64,000 nucleotides of DNA from Macrostomum lignano. Its lineage: Eukaryota. The stretch covers positions 124,001 to 188,000 of the forward strand of contig NIVC01001370.1 of the NCBI GenBank assembly GCA_002269645.1, given 5' to 3'. The notes beneath the pieces were generated by a model. It saw only the letters and a program-made list of their open reading frames with translations. It ran no database searches and was not told where the DNA came from. Position numbers and translations under genes: made by a program. This document shows positions 1 to 11,780 of this stretch, piece after piece (the stretch's first letter is position 1; each line of letters begins with the position of its first letter).

Positions 1-78
1 TACTTTCGAGTCTAGCTGTCAATTTTCTTGCAAATAAAATATCAAATGATAGCAATTTAACCGACTTTTAGTACGCAA

Positions 79-450
<372 letters not shown>

Positions 451-451
451 A

Positions 452-920
452 TGGACAGACAAGAGCAGACAGGAGCAGACAGGAGCAGACATATCCAGAC
501 AGGAGAAGACATGGGCAGACATGGGCAGACATGGGCAGACAGGAGCAGAAATGCGCAGACATGGGCAGACATGGGCAGACAGGAGAAGACAGGAGCAGAC
601 AGGAGAAGACAGGAGCAGACAGGATAAGACAGGAGCAGACATGGGCAGACAGGAGCAGACAGGAGCAGACAGAAGCAGACAGGAGCAGACAGGAGCAGAC
701 AGAAGCAGACAGGAGAGACAGAAGAGACAGGAGAGACAGGAGCAGACAGGAGCAGACAGGAGCAGACAGGAGCAGACAGGAGCAGACAGGAGCAGACAGG
801 AGCAGACAGGAGCAGACAGAAGAGACAGGAGCAGACAAGGGCAGACAGGGATACACAGGCAAACTGATAAGCAGTCAAAGGCAATGATCAATGACACTAA
901 TGAGCAGACAGGAGCAGATT
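452..920. repeat. 10-bp minisatellite (AGGAGCAGAC)n
   Basis: Tandem AGGAGCAGAC/ATGGGCAGAC units continuing from the ACAG run. Confidence 0.95.
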
Positions 921-939
921 TGCATCTTACAGTACGCAC

Positions 940-1030
940 CTGGCTTTGCAGGTGAAAGATGTCAATCTACTCACTGGCCCGGCAGGCCTCGTGAACCTGG
1001 AGATTGACAGCCCAGTCCCCTCAGTGAGGT
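940..1030 (-). CDS. Possible exon of an unidentified minus-strand gene leaving the left edge (next exon would start at 26)
   Basis: Minus-strand donor CAG|gtgcgt at 940/939 and acceptor ttttatttgcaag| at 27/26 are phase-compatible (…TSFTCKAR|KLTARLES). No recognisable homology; 5' boundary uncertain. Confidence 0.3.
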
Positions 1031-1870
1031 TGCCATGAAAAATTAACAATCATCCAATACTCTCTCCCCCTTCCGTCTGCTCCACGGACGACGAATATCT
1101 GGGAATAATTTTGCCTTTCATTCTCCCAACTTTGCCTGACGAAAAATTATTAATAAAAAATGTTAGTTAGTTTACCTTTCTCTTTAGTGCTGTTGCTGTC
1201 TGGGAGCGGAGGAAGGAAGCAAAGGAGTTCCATAATTACTGCAATCATAGCTAAACAATGAGACTGAACGATAGGAAACGCGCATGCATTTTCGGAAAGC
1301 GTGATTGTGAAAGCAGTTGTCTGGTTCTAAAAAAAGCCCAATTGTTATAAACCATGTTCACAGCTGACTGGAAGATAACAAAATCGTTCCGATTGTTCAA
1401 CTTCATGAGTGAGCAGAATCGTTTCGAGAAAAATGGAGAATTTTCTAGTGCTGAGAGACGAAGCTGCACGGGATCAATGATTCGGGATTTCCAACCTTCA
1501 TCACCCGAATCGATGATCAGCGGCAGTTCTTGAGTCTGTCGTTTCCGCAGGCTGTTACGCAATCATTGGTTTCTCGCTCGCTGAGGGAAATCTCCCTTCC
1601 TGATCGTAGCGGACGAGCGCTCCGGCGCTTAAGACATCTTTTTGAGCACGAGCTGCCCGAGTCTTTTAGAATCGGAAATTAAACCCGGCTCGAAACTAAA
1701 AGAATGACGTCACAGGCCGGATACGATTCGATGAACAAATTATTAATTGAAGTCGAATTCTAATTTGTTTTGTTTCCTTTAATTTTCACCACATTTTCCT
1801 ATTTGAGCTGATGCAGTCACACGCTGGGTCTATGCTTGAAATTCGGTTCATTCTGTTTCTTAGACATGAA

Positions 1871-1978
1871 CTGGAGGCCGTTAAGGAGCTTGTATTTGTC
1901 TATGGCCAAACCGCATTCAGCGCACTGGAGGCCGTTAAGGAGCTTGTATTTGTCTATGGCCGAACCGCATTCAACGCT
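1871..1978. repeat. 54-bp direct tandem duplication
   Basis: ctggaggccgttaaggagcttgtatttgtctatggcc… at 1871 and 1925. Confidence 0.9.
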
Positions 1979-2077
1979 ATGCGTTCTCTAGAGCATTCTA
2001 AGAAAATGGGGTGTATAAGCATCATATCCACAGTTGCGCATGAACTAACCTTGATGTTCTTAGAAAGAGAGTTAATT

Positions 2078-2931
2078 GGCCGTATGAATAAAACGTGAGA
2101 AAATCTTTAAAGATTATCTTTCGAGCCAAGAATTTCTTTAAAGAAATTCTTTTCCGGCAAGAAAATCTGTTGGAGAAAATCTTACGAGTCAAGATATTCT
2201 AGAAAAGACATGAATAAAAGTTTCTCGGCTCGTGAGATTTTCTCGGCGACTGCCACTTGGCTGAAAGTTGTCTAGGGCCCAAACCAAGATGTCGGTGACG
2301 TGGAATCGACGGCCGTCTCCTCAGGCTTGGGCGCAGCCCATGCTGTGTCTATGGCTAAAACCACGTGAACACCGAAAATCCGTCCAGAAAAATCCTACTA
2401 GAAAGTGGCAAAATCCATGTGGAGTTTACCTGAACATCAGGTGACAGGAAAGTCACTTTGCTTTGAAATTTTACCCTGAGATTGAGCGTCCTGGCATCGA
2501 ATGGTTGCCAATTTTTTACATGTCGTTGTCGGAAAGGTCACGTGATCCTCAGTGAATCGATGAAGCTGTCTATATGTCTCCACTGGAGTGGCCTGTCGGG
2601 GCAGGTACTCCTTGGTCTTTCTGATCTGAAGGAACATCTCGTGTCTCGTGTTATGGGCGCTGAAGATTCGCTTGAGCCAGAGAAACTGTTGCTCGCATAA
2701 AACTCAAGTGTCGGCTCTCTCGGCGAGAAAATCACGTCTTTTATTCATCAGAAAGCAAGAAAATCTTTTCCTCGTGAGATTTTCTTGCCGAGCAAATCTT
2801 TTCTTGTGAAAGCTCGAGATTTTCTTGGCGAGAAAATCTTGCAAGAAACTCGCAGTTTTTTATTCTTATAAACGCAAGAAATTCTTGGATTTCTTGCAAG
2901 AAAAAAATTTCTTTTTTTTATTCATACGGCC
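2078..2931. mobile_element. Non-autonomous DNA transposon / MITE with 16-bp TIRs
   Basis: GGCCGTATGAATAAAA at 2078 and its reverse complement TTTTATTCATACGGCC ending 2931; subterminal GAGAAAATCT / AGATTTTCT motifs at both ends; no intact transposase. Confidence 0.75.
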
Positions 2932-3299
2932 CAATATCGGGTGTCTTTTTTACTTGAAACTACATTTTACTTGAATTGAACCGGTTTTTTTTAGGTTGGA
3001 TCTTTCATTAGTAGCATCATCGTTTTCCTTAGCAACCTGTCCTTCCCATCTTTTGTCTGATTCCCCCACGTCTGTTCAATGCATTTTTGTACTACACACA
3101 GACAAACAAACACGAACGAAAATCAGAGGCTACCTGAGCTACCAAAGCTCATTATTTAGCCTGGCCAATCCATCTCAGAACTGACGGGCTTGTCTGTCAG
3201 TCCTTTAGGCGCAGGCCAACTCAAAAGCCTTCTCAGCCGAGGGCAGCCAGTCCTCCCATCCTAATTTGCTCGTGTTTCTGTCCGCTATCCCAAAAAACT

Positions 3300-4900
3300 T
3301 GTTGGCCACAGAGAGGAAAAGAGAAGATTTTCTCGTGGAAAAAAGCGCTAGCCATACACTTACACAAGGCTGAGTCATGCGTATATGCAGGTGAGGCGGG
3401 TGAGAAGACTGAGACTATACCTGCGCCTCTGCACATGCAGTGAGATCGAATAGTTTTTTTGTGGGGCACCTGTTAGCATCGGATTTCCAAGTTTCCCGCG
3501 CTATGCTCACCCAGCCAAACCCCTCAGCCTTGCTCTCTTTACCGAACTCGGAGGGCAGCTTCATCAGATCCAGCAGCCTTATGCTTGAGTCAGCCCAGGC
3601 TGACCCTAATCCGCGGTCGGTAATCCATCTGTGCCAGGCCTTGCTCCTGCTTAGCGCGCATTTCAGCTCTAGTATTGGCTCCCACAGTCTATTTCCTCTG
3701 CTTAAAAGAAAGGAATTGACTGCCTTTTAATCATTATAAGTGGCCACTTAGTGCAGACGATAACATTCACACCATACACCAGCGTTGAGGCAATTCTGTC
3801 CATTCCGTTGACTCCTGACACGGGGGTGCACAGCCCCATCCCCCCAGCTGTCCTCTTCTTCCACGATTCTTTCAGCTTTCTACAAAATTTTAAGTTAAAA
3901 TGTGGGCAAAAAGGACATGTAAATAAGCAATGCAGGTAGAGGGATATTTGGATGGCACTCTAAATTTTTTATGCAGCAAAAGCACTTTAAAATTGCAGTA
4001 TTTAGACTTGCGCAGATTTTCAAGATTTGTCACGTAAAATGTCATTTATAGAAATCATGAGGAAGAACTTGGCCCAACCTAAAAGTTCTAAGCCAAGTCA
4101 GAATCTATCGCCCTCTTCATAGAGGCTTTTGAGCAAATTTGTGACGGGCAGACAGGTGCACGACTTATTTGGCAGAACGAAGTGTTGGAGGCGGAGGGAG
4201 GGACACAGTTCGTACCGATAATTCCTTGTCCAACTCTCCAACCAAGCTCTGCACTCTCCCAAGCATCATTGTCGCTTCATCGGTAGGCAGCCAGCCTCCA
4301 ATGCTCAAACCAAGCAAGAAGAAGGCTTATTGCAACTTTTCCCGCCTTGGCAAAGAGAGTGGGAGAGAAAGTGAAGAAGTGAAAGTGGAGGCCAGGTGTC
4401 GGCTGCCGCCACCCCGCACCTTCAGACCCAAATGTCACGGAATGCGACAAGGCCCATAGGTGAGAGTTTAGGAGTGGAAGAACCGAGACCCAGGGCTTGC
4501 CCTCCGGCTTCAGAATTCCCAACTACGCCTTAACCTATTCCCCTTCCCCAGCTGAGAGGCAGGTGGAGTCTAATTGGCTGAAGGTGTGATAGACAGAGCG
4601 TGTTGAGCACAACCCCCCCCCCCTAATCTGTATGGAAGCAGAGATGGAAACTGCCTGCAGTGGGAGGATTTGTTGGGCAATTTGCTAATTGTTCACATCA
4701 ACAAGGAGGCCCAGAAGCCACAGAGTTAAGTCACAACTGTAGTCAAAGTTGCTAGACATCAAACTCGAACTAGACGTCGATCGATAAAATATTTTCATTC
4801 CTTGGCCTTACCTTAATACGAGTAGTTTCAGTTGTCTGAAACTGGTGGAGTTGTGGAAAAGAGTCGCTAACCCAGACTTCTAGCCATAGGCCTCCATGAC
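3300..4900 (+). mobile_element. Highly decayed LTR-retrotransposon (Gypsy-like) remnant
   Basis: Partial gag-type zinc knuckle KCGQKGHVNKQC (~3900-3935) and a frameshifted EGVI…DG stretch near 4580-4670 that resembles the RT N-terminus. Many stops; boundaries approximate. Confidence 0.35.
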
Positions 4901-5147
4901 ATCGATTATCCAGACGCCTTTACTCCCGGGGAGGGAGGCTGACGGACAGCATTCCTGAGCTTAGCACCGAGTGGTTTGCCGTCAAGATCGCCCCCCCCTC
5001 CCTGTCAAAACGCGAGAAACACGGGCTCACTGGAAATGGCTGGAAGCTGTTTTGCCCGCCCATGAAGAATGCCATTCCGCAGCCTATAGATACGAATTCA
5101 CCTGTTGCAGGCTTGGCCAGGCATTTTGAGAAGACCAGCGCAATTAA

Positions 5148-5218
5148 ATGGCAGCTGGGGCAGCCGCTGCGCTGCTGGCGTTGCTGCTTCACCTGTCGGA
5201 CGCGATGCGAATCGATGA
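5148..5218 (+). CDS. L1-like adhesion receptor, exon 1 (signal peptide)
   Basis: ATG 5148 encodes MAAGAAAALLALLLHLSDAMRID, a hydrophobic signal peptide; donor GA|gtaatc. Confidence 0.65.
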
Positions 5219-5254
5219 GTAATCGAAGTTGGGTCTTTGTTGCCCTTTAAGTAG

Positions 5255-5259
5255 GCTGC
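5255..5259 (+). CDS. L1-like receptor, putative 5-nt microexon (GCTGC)
   Basis: Flanked by tttaagtag| and |gtcagt; restores frame between the phase-2 donor at 5218 and the phase-1 acceptor at 5297. Confidence 0.4.
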
Positions 5260-5296
5260 GTCAGTACAAGAAATCTTATATTCCTTTTTTCGGCAG

Positions 5297-8200
5297 CAAA
5301 CGCGCTGGAGACTCTGGCGGAGTCGCCACCAGTCCAGCTGCCGCCCGTCATCACCAAGCACCCCCCGATGCAGGTGGTGGCCGCTCCCGGCGAGCCGCTG
5401 CGTCTAGATTGCGTCGCGGTCGCTCCGGGACTCGAATTTTTGACCTACTGGTGGCGGCGAAACGGCGTCTCAATTGGAAACGTGACAACGGCGAAGGCGG
5501 ACAGAACCAACAAGGGAGCTCCGCTGAGCCTGGCTTCGCCGTCAACAGCCGACGAGGGCGACTATCAGTGCTTCGCCTCCAACAGCCTCGGCACCGCCGT
5601 CACACACAAGACTTCGCTGCGGCTGGCCACCTTAGAATCGTTTCCTCGTGTGCCCCGAACGGCAACGCTGATGGAGCGACTCGAGGGCGAGAGTCTCCGC
5701 CTGCCCTGCCAACCGCCGGCCTCCCTGCCGCCCGCAACGGTCATGTGGCATCGAATCGACGACGGCGCGGCCGGCCGAATGAGCACGCCGCCGGTCTCGA
5801 ACCGGGTGGCCATCGATCCGACGGACGGTTCGCTGCTGTTCGCCAACCTTCTACCCAGCGATGGCAACGCGCGCTACCAGTGCGGCGCCAGAAATGACGT
5901 CGTACGACGCACGGTTGAGGGCGCGTCCTACCGGCTGCTGGTTCGACCAGATGAAGGCCGTCAGACTCGGCGCCGCCCAGCAGTCCTGATGGCCCAGAGC
6001 GAGCCCCGGCCAGTGCTGCTGACCAACGAGACCGTCGCGGACCTGTTCTGCTTCTTTGCCGGCCTGCCGACGCCCAACATCAGCTGGACTCGAGCTGACG
6101 GCAGCGCCCTTGAGATGCGCACTTCTTTGCCATCATCGGCTCCTCTATTTCGACTACTGGAGTCGAACACGCGACTTCAGTTGCTGGGCACCAGGGCGGA
6201 CAAACACGCTGGCGGCTACCGGTGCACTGGCGAGGTTGGCGACGGTTGGTCGAGTTCAGCAAAGTCTGGCAACAGCAGCGGCAAATTTGAAGTGTCGGTG
6301 GTCAGTCCGCCGCGCTGGCTTGAAGCGCCGGCCAACGCGGCAGTGGCAGAAGGCGACTCTCACTCGTTTGCTTGCCGGACATCAGCCTCTGAGGGCCTGC
6401 CTCGATGGTTTGTGAATGGCCAGCCCTCTGACTTGGACGGCCGAGCCACCAGAATCGGCCAGCGACTTCTGTTTGTCAACCTGAGCCGCGACGACTCACT
6501 GGTGGTGCAGTGCAACAGCAGCAACAGGCACGGCTACGTGTTCGCCAACGCCTACCTCCGCGTGGTTTGGGAGCCGCCGGTGATCACCCGGCCGCCAGGA
6601 CGTCTGCTGGCTTCGGCTGGCGCCGATCTGCGCATCCCGTGTCGAACGTTTGCGGCGCCGAAGCCGACCGTGACTTGGATGCTGGACGACAGATCGCTGG
6701 ACGACGCCGGGTCCATGGAAGGCGGCCGGTTGGAAGTTCAAGACAATGGCGACATGCTGATTCGCAGCCTAGAGATGCGCGACTCCGGCACTTACCGGTG
6801 TCGCGCCAGCAATCGATTCGGTGCCGTCTCTGCAGTTGGTCAGCTGACTGTGCGAATGGCCACCCGAATCAGCGCACCGCCGCCCGAGCACCTGAGAGTT
6901 GTCGAAGGCGCACCAGTTCGCCTGGACTGCCGGGCCGACACGGATCCGGCAGAGCGGCACCGACTCACCGTGGCGTGGAAGCTCGACGGTCGCCCGGTAG
7001 AGACGTCGGTTACTTCAGAATCTGGCAGCAGCGAACTGAGGATCGCATCGACAAGTCCCGCAGATTCGGGTGTGTACACCTGTGTAGCGGCAAATGGTCT
7101 CGACTCAGACAATCGCAGCACGCGACTAGTCGTTCAGGGTCGGCCGGGAGCTCCACCGGCACCTCTGCAGATTGACTGCTCGGCGATTGGTGCAGCAACA
7201 CCGAGTGCGCATCTCACCTGGCCACCGGCGCCTGACAATAACTCGCCGATTCAGCGGTACTCAGTCGAGTTCAAAACGCAGTATTCTAGCATAGGTGACT
7301 GGCAACCAGCCGAGGTGCTTAACAACCCAGTTGCCGGCGACGAAACGTCCGCTACAGTGCAGTTGCGCCCAGGGCTTGATTATCAATTTCGCGTGCGAGG
7401 CATCAACGCCGTGGGTCCTGGGGCAGCGTCTGATGCGGCTCGAGCTGGCTCAGCCTGCCGGTTGGCGCCAACCAGACCGGCACGACATCCGGGTGGCTTG
7501 CGAGTTGAGCCTGGCAGCGCACCTGGAGGCTTAGCCATTATCTGGGAGCCTCTGACGCCCTTAGAGTACGGTGGCGACGGGCTGAGATACTTACTCAGAA
7601 TTTCATGCCTTGACTGTAGCGAGACACCTAGCAACCAAGTGAACGAAACCGTAGTCTCCGATACGAAAAAGTCGAGGCTTGAACTGACCGAGCTTGTCTG
7701 GAGCGGCGCGATCAAGCCGGTAGAAACCTACCGAATGTATCGGGCGCAGATTCGCGCCGCAAACGCGTTCGGAGAGGCAACTTCAGACACGCCTCCAGAA
7801 GCCACAGGACGCTCCGGAGAGATGCCACCAACGGTGGCGCCCAGCCACTTCCACATAGCTTCGATAGACCCAAGATCCTGGAGCGTCGTCGAGCTTGCCT
7901 GGAGCCTGGATCGCAATCCGGCGGCAGATTCGCGGGTTCGCGGCTTCTATCGCGGCTTCCGCGCAGTCTGGTGCGCGGTGGCGCAGCTCAACGTCACTCC
8001 GACTGACGGCAACGGCTGTCTCGGCCAGACGCGGTTTCAAGATTTCATTTACCGACAGCCAGCCGCCGAGGGAGCTACGACTCCCGAAGCTTCGGCGGCC
8101 ACCTCTGCCGCGACGCAACCGGTGCAGTTTACGGGCCGACTCGTTGGACTGCCGGGCTTCTCCAACATTCGAGCCTGGTTGCATCTCCTGAACCTGCGCT

Positions 8201-9010
8201 ACGCCGGCCCGCCCAGCCAATCTTTGGATTTTCGCACTCCGGAGGGCACTCCTGGCCAGGTGGGCGAGTTTGTCCTGTCACTCACCGGCGCCAGTCACCT
8301 GGAATTCGACTGGCTGCCACCGCGTGAACCGAACGGCAAAGTTGTAGGCTATCAACTATCGTACAGAGAGGTGACCGGCCTGCCAATGGGTCCGCTGGTC
8401 GCCGCGCCAGTCATCAATGACCCCTCGCAGCTGCGTGGCGCCCTCACAGGCCTGTCGCCGAACACCAACTACCGGGTGTACATTCGGGCTCGAACAGCCA
8501 CTGGAGACGGCGAGGCAACGTTCCTGGATGCGCGCACCGCGCCGCCAAACTCTGCGCCGGTAGCAGCAGCGTCAGCGGCCTCAGCGGTTCCTGTAGGAAA
8601 CGAAGCCCTGAACGTGTCTGTAGTCCTGCCACCAGCCCGAATGCGGGCCTTCTACGTCCAGTACCGCCAGCTCGGCGATGCCGACCGGCCCTTGGACGAA
8701 ACGTGGCGAGAAACTCAGCGCGAGGTCCGCCGACGATGGCTGCTAATTGACAACTTGAGCCGCGGGGTGAAATACGAAATTCGAGTCGTCATGCTCACTG
8801 GCTCCGCCTCGGCTGTCTACACTGAGTCTATGCGGGTGCGCACCGGCGGCTCCGGTGGCGATGGCAGCGGCCTGTTGAAGGCCTCGACGGCCACCTGGCT
8901 CGGGAGTGTCGCCCTGCTACTGTTGCTGTTTCTGCTTGGCACCGCGCTTGTGTTTTACTGTTTGGCTCGGCGGCGAGGCCGTCACGGTGGTCGACAAGGT
9001 GGCGACTACC
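5297..9010 (+). CDS. L1CAM/neuroglian-like cell adhesion molecule, main exon: 6 Ig + 5 FN3 + TM
   Basis: Acceptor ttttttcggcag| at 5297. Six Ig domains (LRLDC…GDYQC, LRLPC…YQC, LFC…GYRC, FAC…VQC, IPC…GTYRC, LDC…GVYTC), five FN3 repeats, TM WLGSVALLLLLFLLGTALVFYCLA, juxtamembrane RQGGDY (cf. L1 GGKY). Donor C|gtaag at 9011; the ORF tail beyond this is intronic repeat. Confidence 0.93.
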
Positions 9011-9039
9011 GTAAGACACAGTGCGATAAGTTCATGACA

Positions 9040-9290
9040 GCTGGGAGCTTTCAGTACTTCAAGCTGGGAACTCACTCAGTACTTGAATCTGGGAACTCAC
9101 TCAGTATTTCAATCTGGGAACTCACTCAGTACTTCAACCTGGGAACTCACTCAGTACTTCAAGCTGGGAACTCACTCAGTACTTCAATCTGGGAACTCAC
9201 TCAGTACTTCAATCTGGGAACTCACTCAGTACTTCAAGCTGGGAACTCACTCAGTACTTCAACCTGGGAACTCTCAGTACCTTGAGCTGG
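9040..9290. repeat. 25-bp intronic minisatellite CTGGGAACTCACTCAGTACTTCAAN (~10 copies)
   Basis: Period 25 (9064, 9089…), just after the L1-like donor. Confidence 0.95.
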
Positions 9291-9623
9291 GATTCCTAAG
9301 GATTTTTTAAAGCAAATGTCAACAGACTGTATTTTTTCCCGAGCTGCTCGACCGATAAAATTAGCTCGTGACAGACGAAAACCGTGGAGAAGGCAAATGC
9401 AGACTAATCAAGATGGAGAGAGCGTACTTATCTGAGATATTTGCTCGCCAAACTTTGCTTTAAAGTGTTAGGAAAAAAGTCGCAATGAAATTCTTGTCAA
9501 GCCAAATCTTATCGAAGCCCGCGGCTAACAATTCATTCACTCCGTTAGCAGCATGGCAGTCGGTTTTACAGTTTGTTTGCCAACCAACCGACTGAAAAAA
9601 ACTAACTTTGTTTGCTTGCACAG

Positions 9624-9812
9624 ACCGAGGCAAGCCCGTGGCAACTTCGACAGCGCAAGAGGCGGCGTCGGGCGCGTTGGCGGCGGCATCGCCGGCGCAG
9701 GACGACTGCGGCGAATTCACGGGCACTCAGCTGCACTGCATGCGGTCGCCGCAGCAGCAGCAGTTCGCTCATCGACTCTCACCCGAGGGCTCCAAGTCCT
9801 ACGCGTTCACAG
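9624..9812 (+). CDS. L1-like receptor, cytoplasmic exon
   Basis: ttgcttgcacag| acceptor and G|gtttgt donor, both phase 1; HRGKPVATSTAQEAASG…SKSYAFT. Confidence 0.75.
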
Positions 9813-10588
9813 GTTTGTCTGCGTTTGTTATCATTCAGTTTGAGGGACAACTGACGCTACATTAGTTGCGTGTAAACTACTGTCAGTTCAGTAGAATTTA
9901 AGAAGAATTTAAACGTATTTTTAAAGCCGAGGCTCATTTATTGGCTCTCTCATACCCCCCCCCAGCTTAAACCCTCCAACCCAGCCTTTTCACACTACCC
10001 CCCGCCCCGCCCAAATTTTTATTGCCTTTCTCGGAATTCCAGCCTAAAGCGGCCATGTACGAGCACTCGTACATGAGCACATTTCAGTGGACTGGCTAGT
10101 GTACACTATGGCTGAACCAATTAGCAAGTTGTTTACGTCTAAGCTTCTAAACTTATCAAAGTCATTTCAGCTGCCTTTATTCTTATAAAATAGTTGATGT
10201 ATTCCTCTTTGCTACTGAACTGAAAGTAGAAAGCCGTTTTACTAAGTAGATATGCCTGAGTGGCCCTTCGAGTTACTCTAGTATCTGTGGTCTAGACAAA
10301 TGTCAAGAGATTACGTCACGATAGTGATCTTTTTGATAACGATTCGATGCCGAAGATCCGATAATCCGGGAATTTTGGTCCCGTCCCAGTCCAATCAAAC
10401 ATTATCATGCCAATAAGCTCATTTCTAAGAAACGAGGTGTCCTTTTTCTTGTTTTTTCTAGTGATCGTTGCATCCATTGTGCCAAGTTGCGCGTCTAACT
10501 TGTTAACCGTATACTGTTGTTACAGACACATCCTACCTCACACTTGGTAACCATGGCAACGAAAAATTGGCTAATTTTGGCGTGACAG

Positions 10589-10797
10589 TCGGCTGCAACG
10601 GCGGGGGCGGCTATTCGACAATCCGCGGACCTCCTGTCATCCCCGTCGCTGCCGACTTCCCGCTAGGTCGACAGACGGCTGCCGCATACAGACAGGGCGG
10701 CGGCGCACCGCTGCTGCTCCCCCAGTGGCCGCAGGCGAATGGCGCCGACATCGCCCCGGTTGACGGCAATGGCTGTCAGGCCACCAGCATTATTTAA
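10589..10797 (+). CDS. L1-like receptor, last exon
   Basis: Phase-1 acceptor gcgtgacag|; VGCNGGGGYSTIRGPP…QATSII*, followed by AT-rich 3' sequence. Full model about 1395 aa. Confidence 0.72.
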
Positions 10798-11780
10798 TGT
10801 TTTTATTAAATCAACAACTTTACGGGTATTACTTCTACTGTAAGTAGAGAATAAAGAAAACAGTTAGATAATTTTGCTAGTAAAGGCAGTAAAAGCGGCT
10901 ATAGATAACCATCGGCTCTTTAAGTCGCGTTTCATCAGTGAAAGTACATTTGGGCAAGCGCAATAGAAAATCTTGACAAAAATTAACCAATGAATAGAAA
11001 TCCGATCAAAGTGCGCTACTTTAAGTAGTGAGATAAATAATTATTGAATATTGTACAAAAAATGACTGTTTACAGATGCTTTTCCGCAGTAAACCCTGCT
11101 GCTCTTTCCATTCTATCATTTGTGCGTATTTATAATTAGATTTTTTGCCTGAGTTTTCATTCTCTTCAGTTGAATCAATCAAGCTTGTCGTTTCCGCCCA
11201 TTGTACGCGATCGTAATCTTTTGTGTTCCGTGCTTTGCAATAAAATCCGATTTACAATATCCTGTTATTTTTGTCTGCAAAGGATTGTTGTGTATTAAAA
11301 AATAAAACAGTTTTTCAATTGATCGTTGACATCGTTGACTTTTTTAAACGAAGTTTAAGAAAATTCAAGGTCATAGCAGACCGGCGAATCAAAAGATACA
11401 AAAAAGCAGAACACGCCAAGAAATGAGTCCTACTGCTAGATATCCCAAGAGGCCAAGTTTAGAAGATCCAGAGCATTATAAAACTGATAGCAACTGAAGA
11501 TTGCAATACAATACCGCTGTGACAACGGGTACCCTTCCCTCCCTATCACCGATAAGCGCAAAAAGGCAGAGAAAGTTGCAACTAAAAAAGTCAGCACTGG
11601 CTTCTGCCTGGCTGAAACACACTGTTGCCAATGCAGATCGATAAGACTGCACGGCTACATAAAGCGCGCGCATGCTTTGAGATTGCCAATCAAACTGATT
11701 GAAATTCACGACGTTTTTCAGGTGACAGCTCCCGTACAGTTTCTGTTGTCGACCGACTCTGCCTACTCAGGTGCTACTAA

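Noticed and set aside
1251-1562. 103-aa minus-strand ORF, with a TGACGTCA motif near 1705
   Set aside because: No recognisable domain or consistent splice support; a single motif is insufficient for a promoter call.
9011-9285. C-terminal GTHSVL repeats of the 1305-aa ORF
   Set aside because: Read-through into an intronic 25-bp repeat after a gtaag donor.
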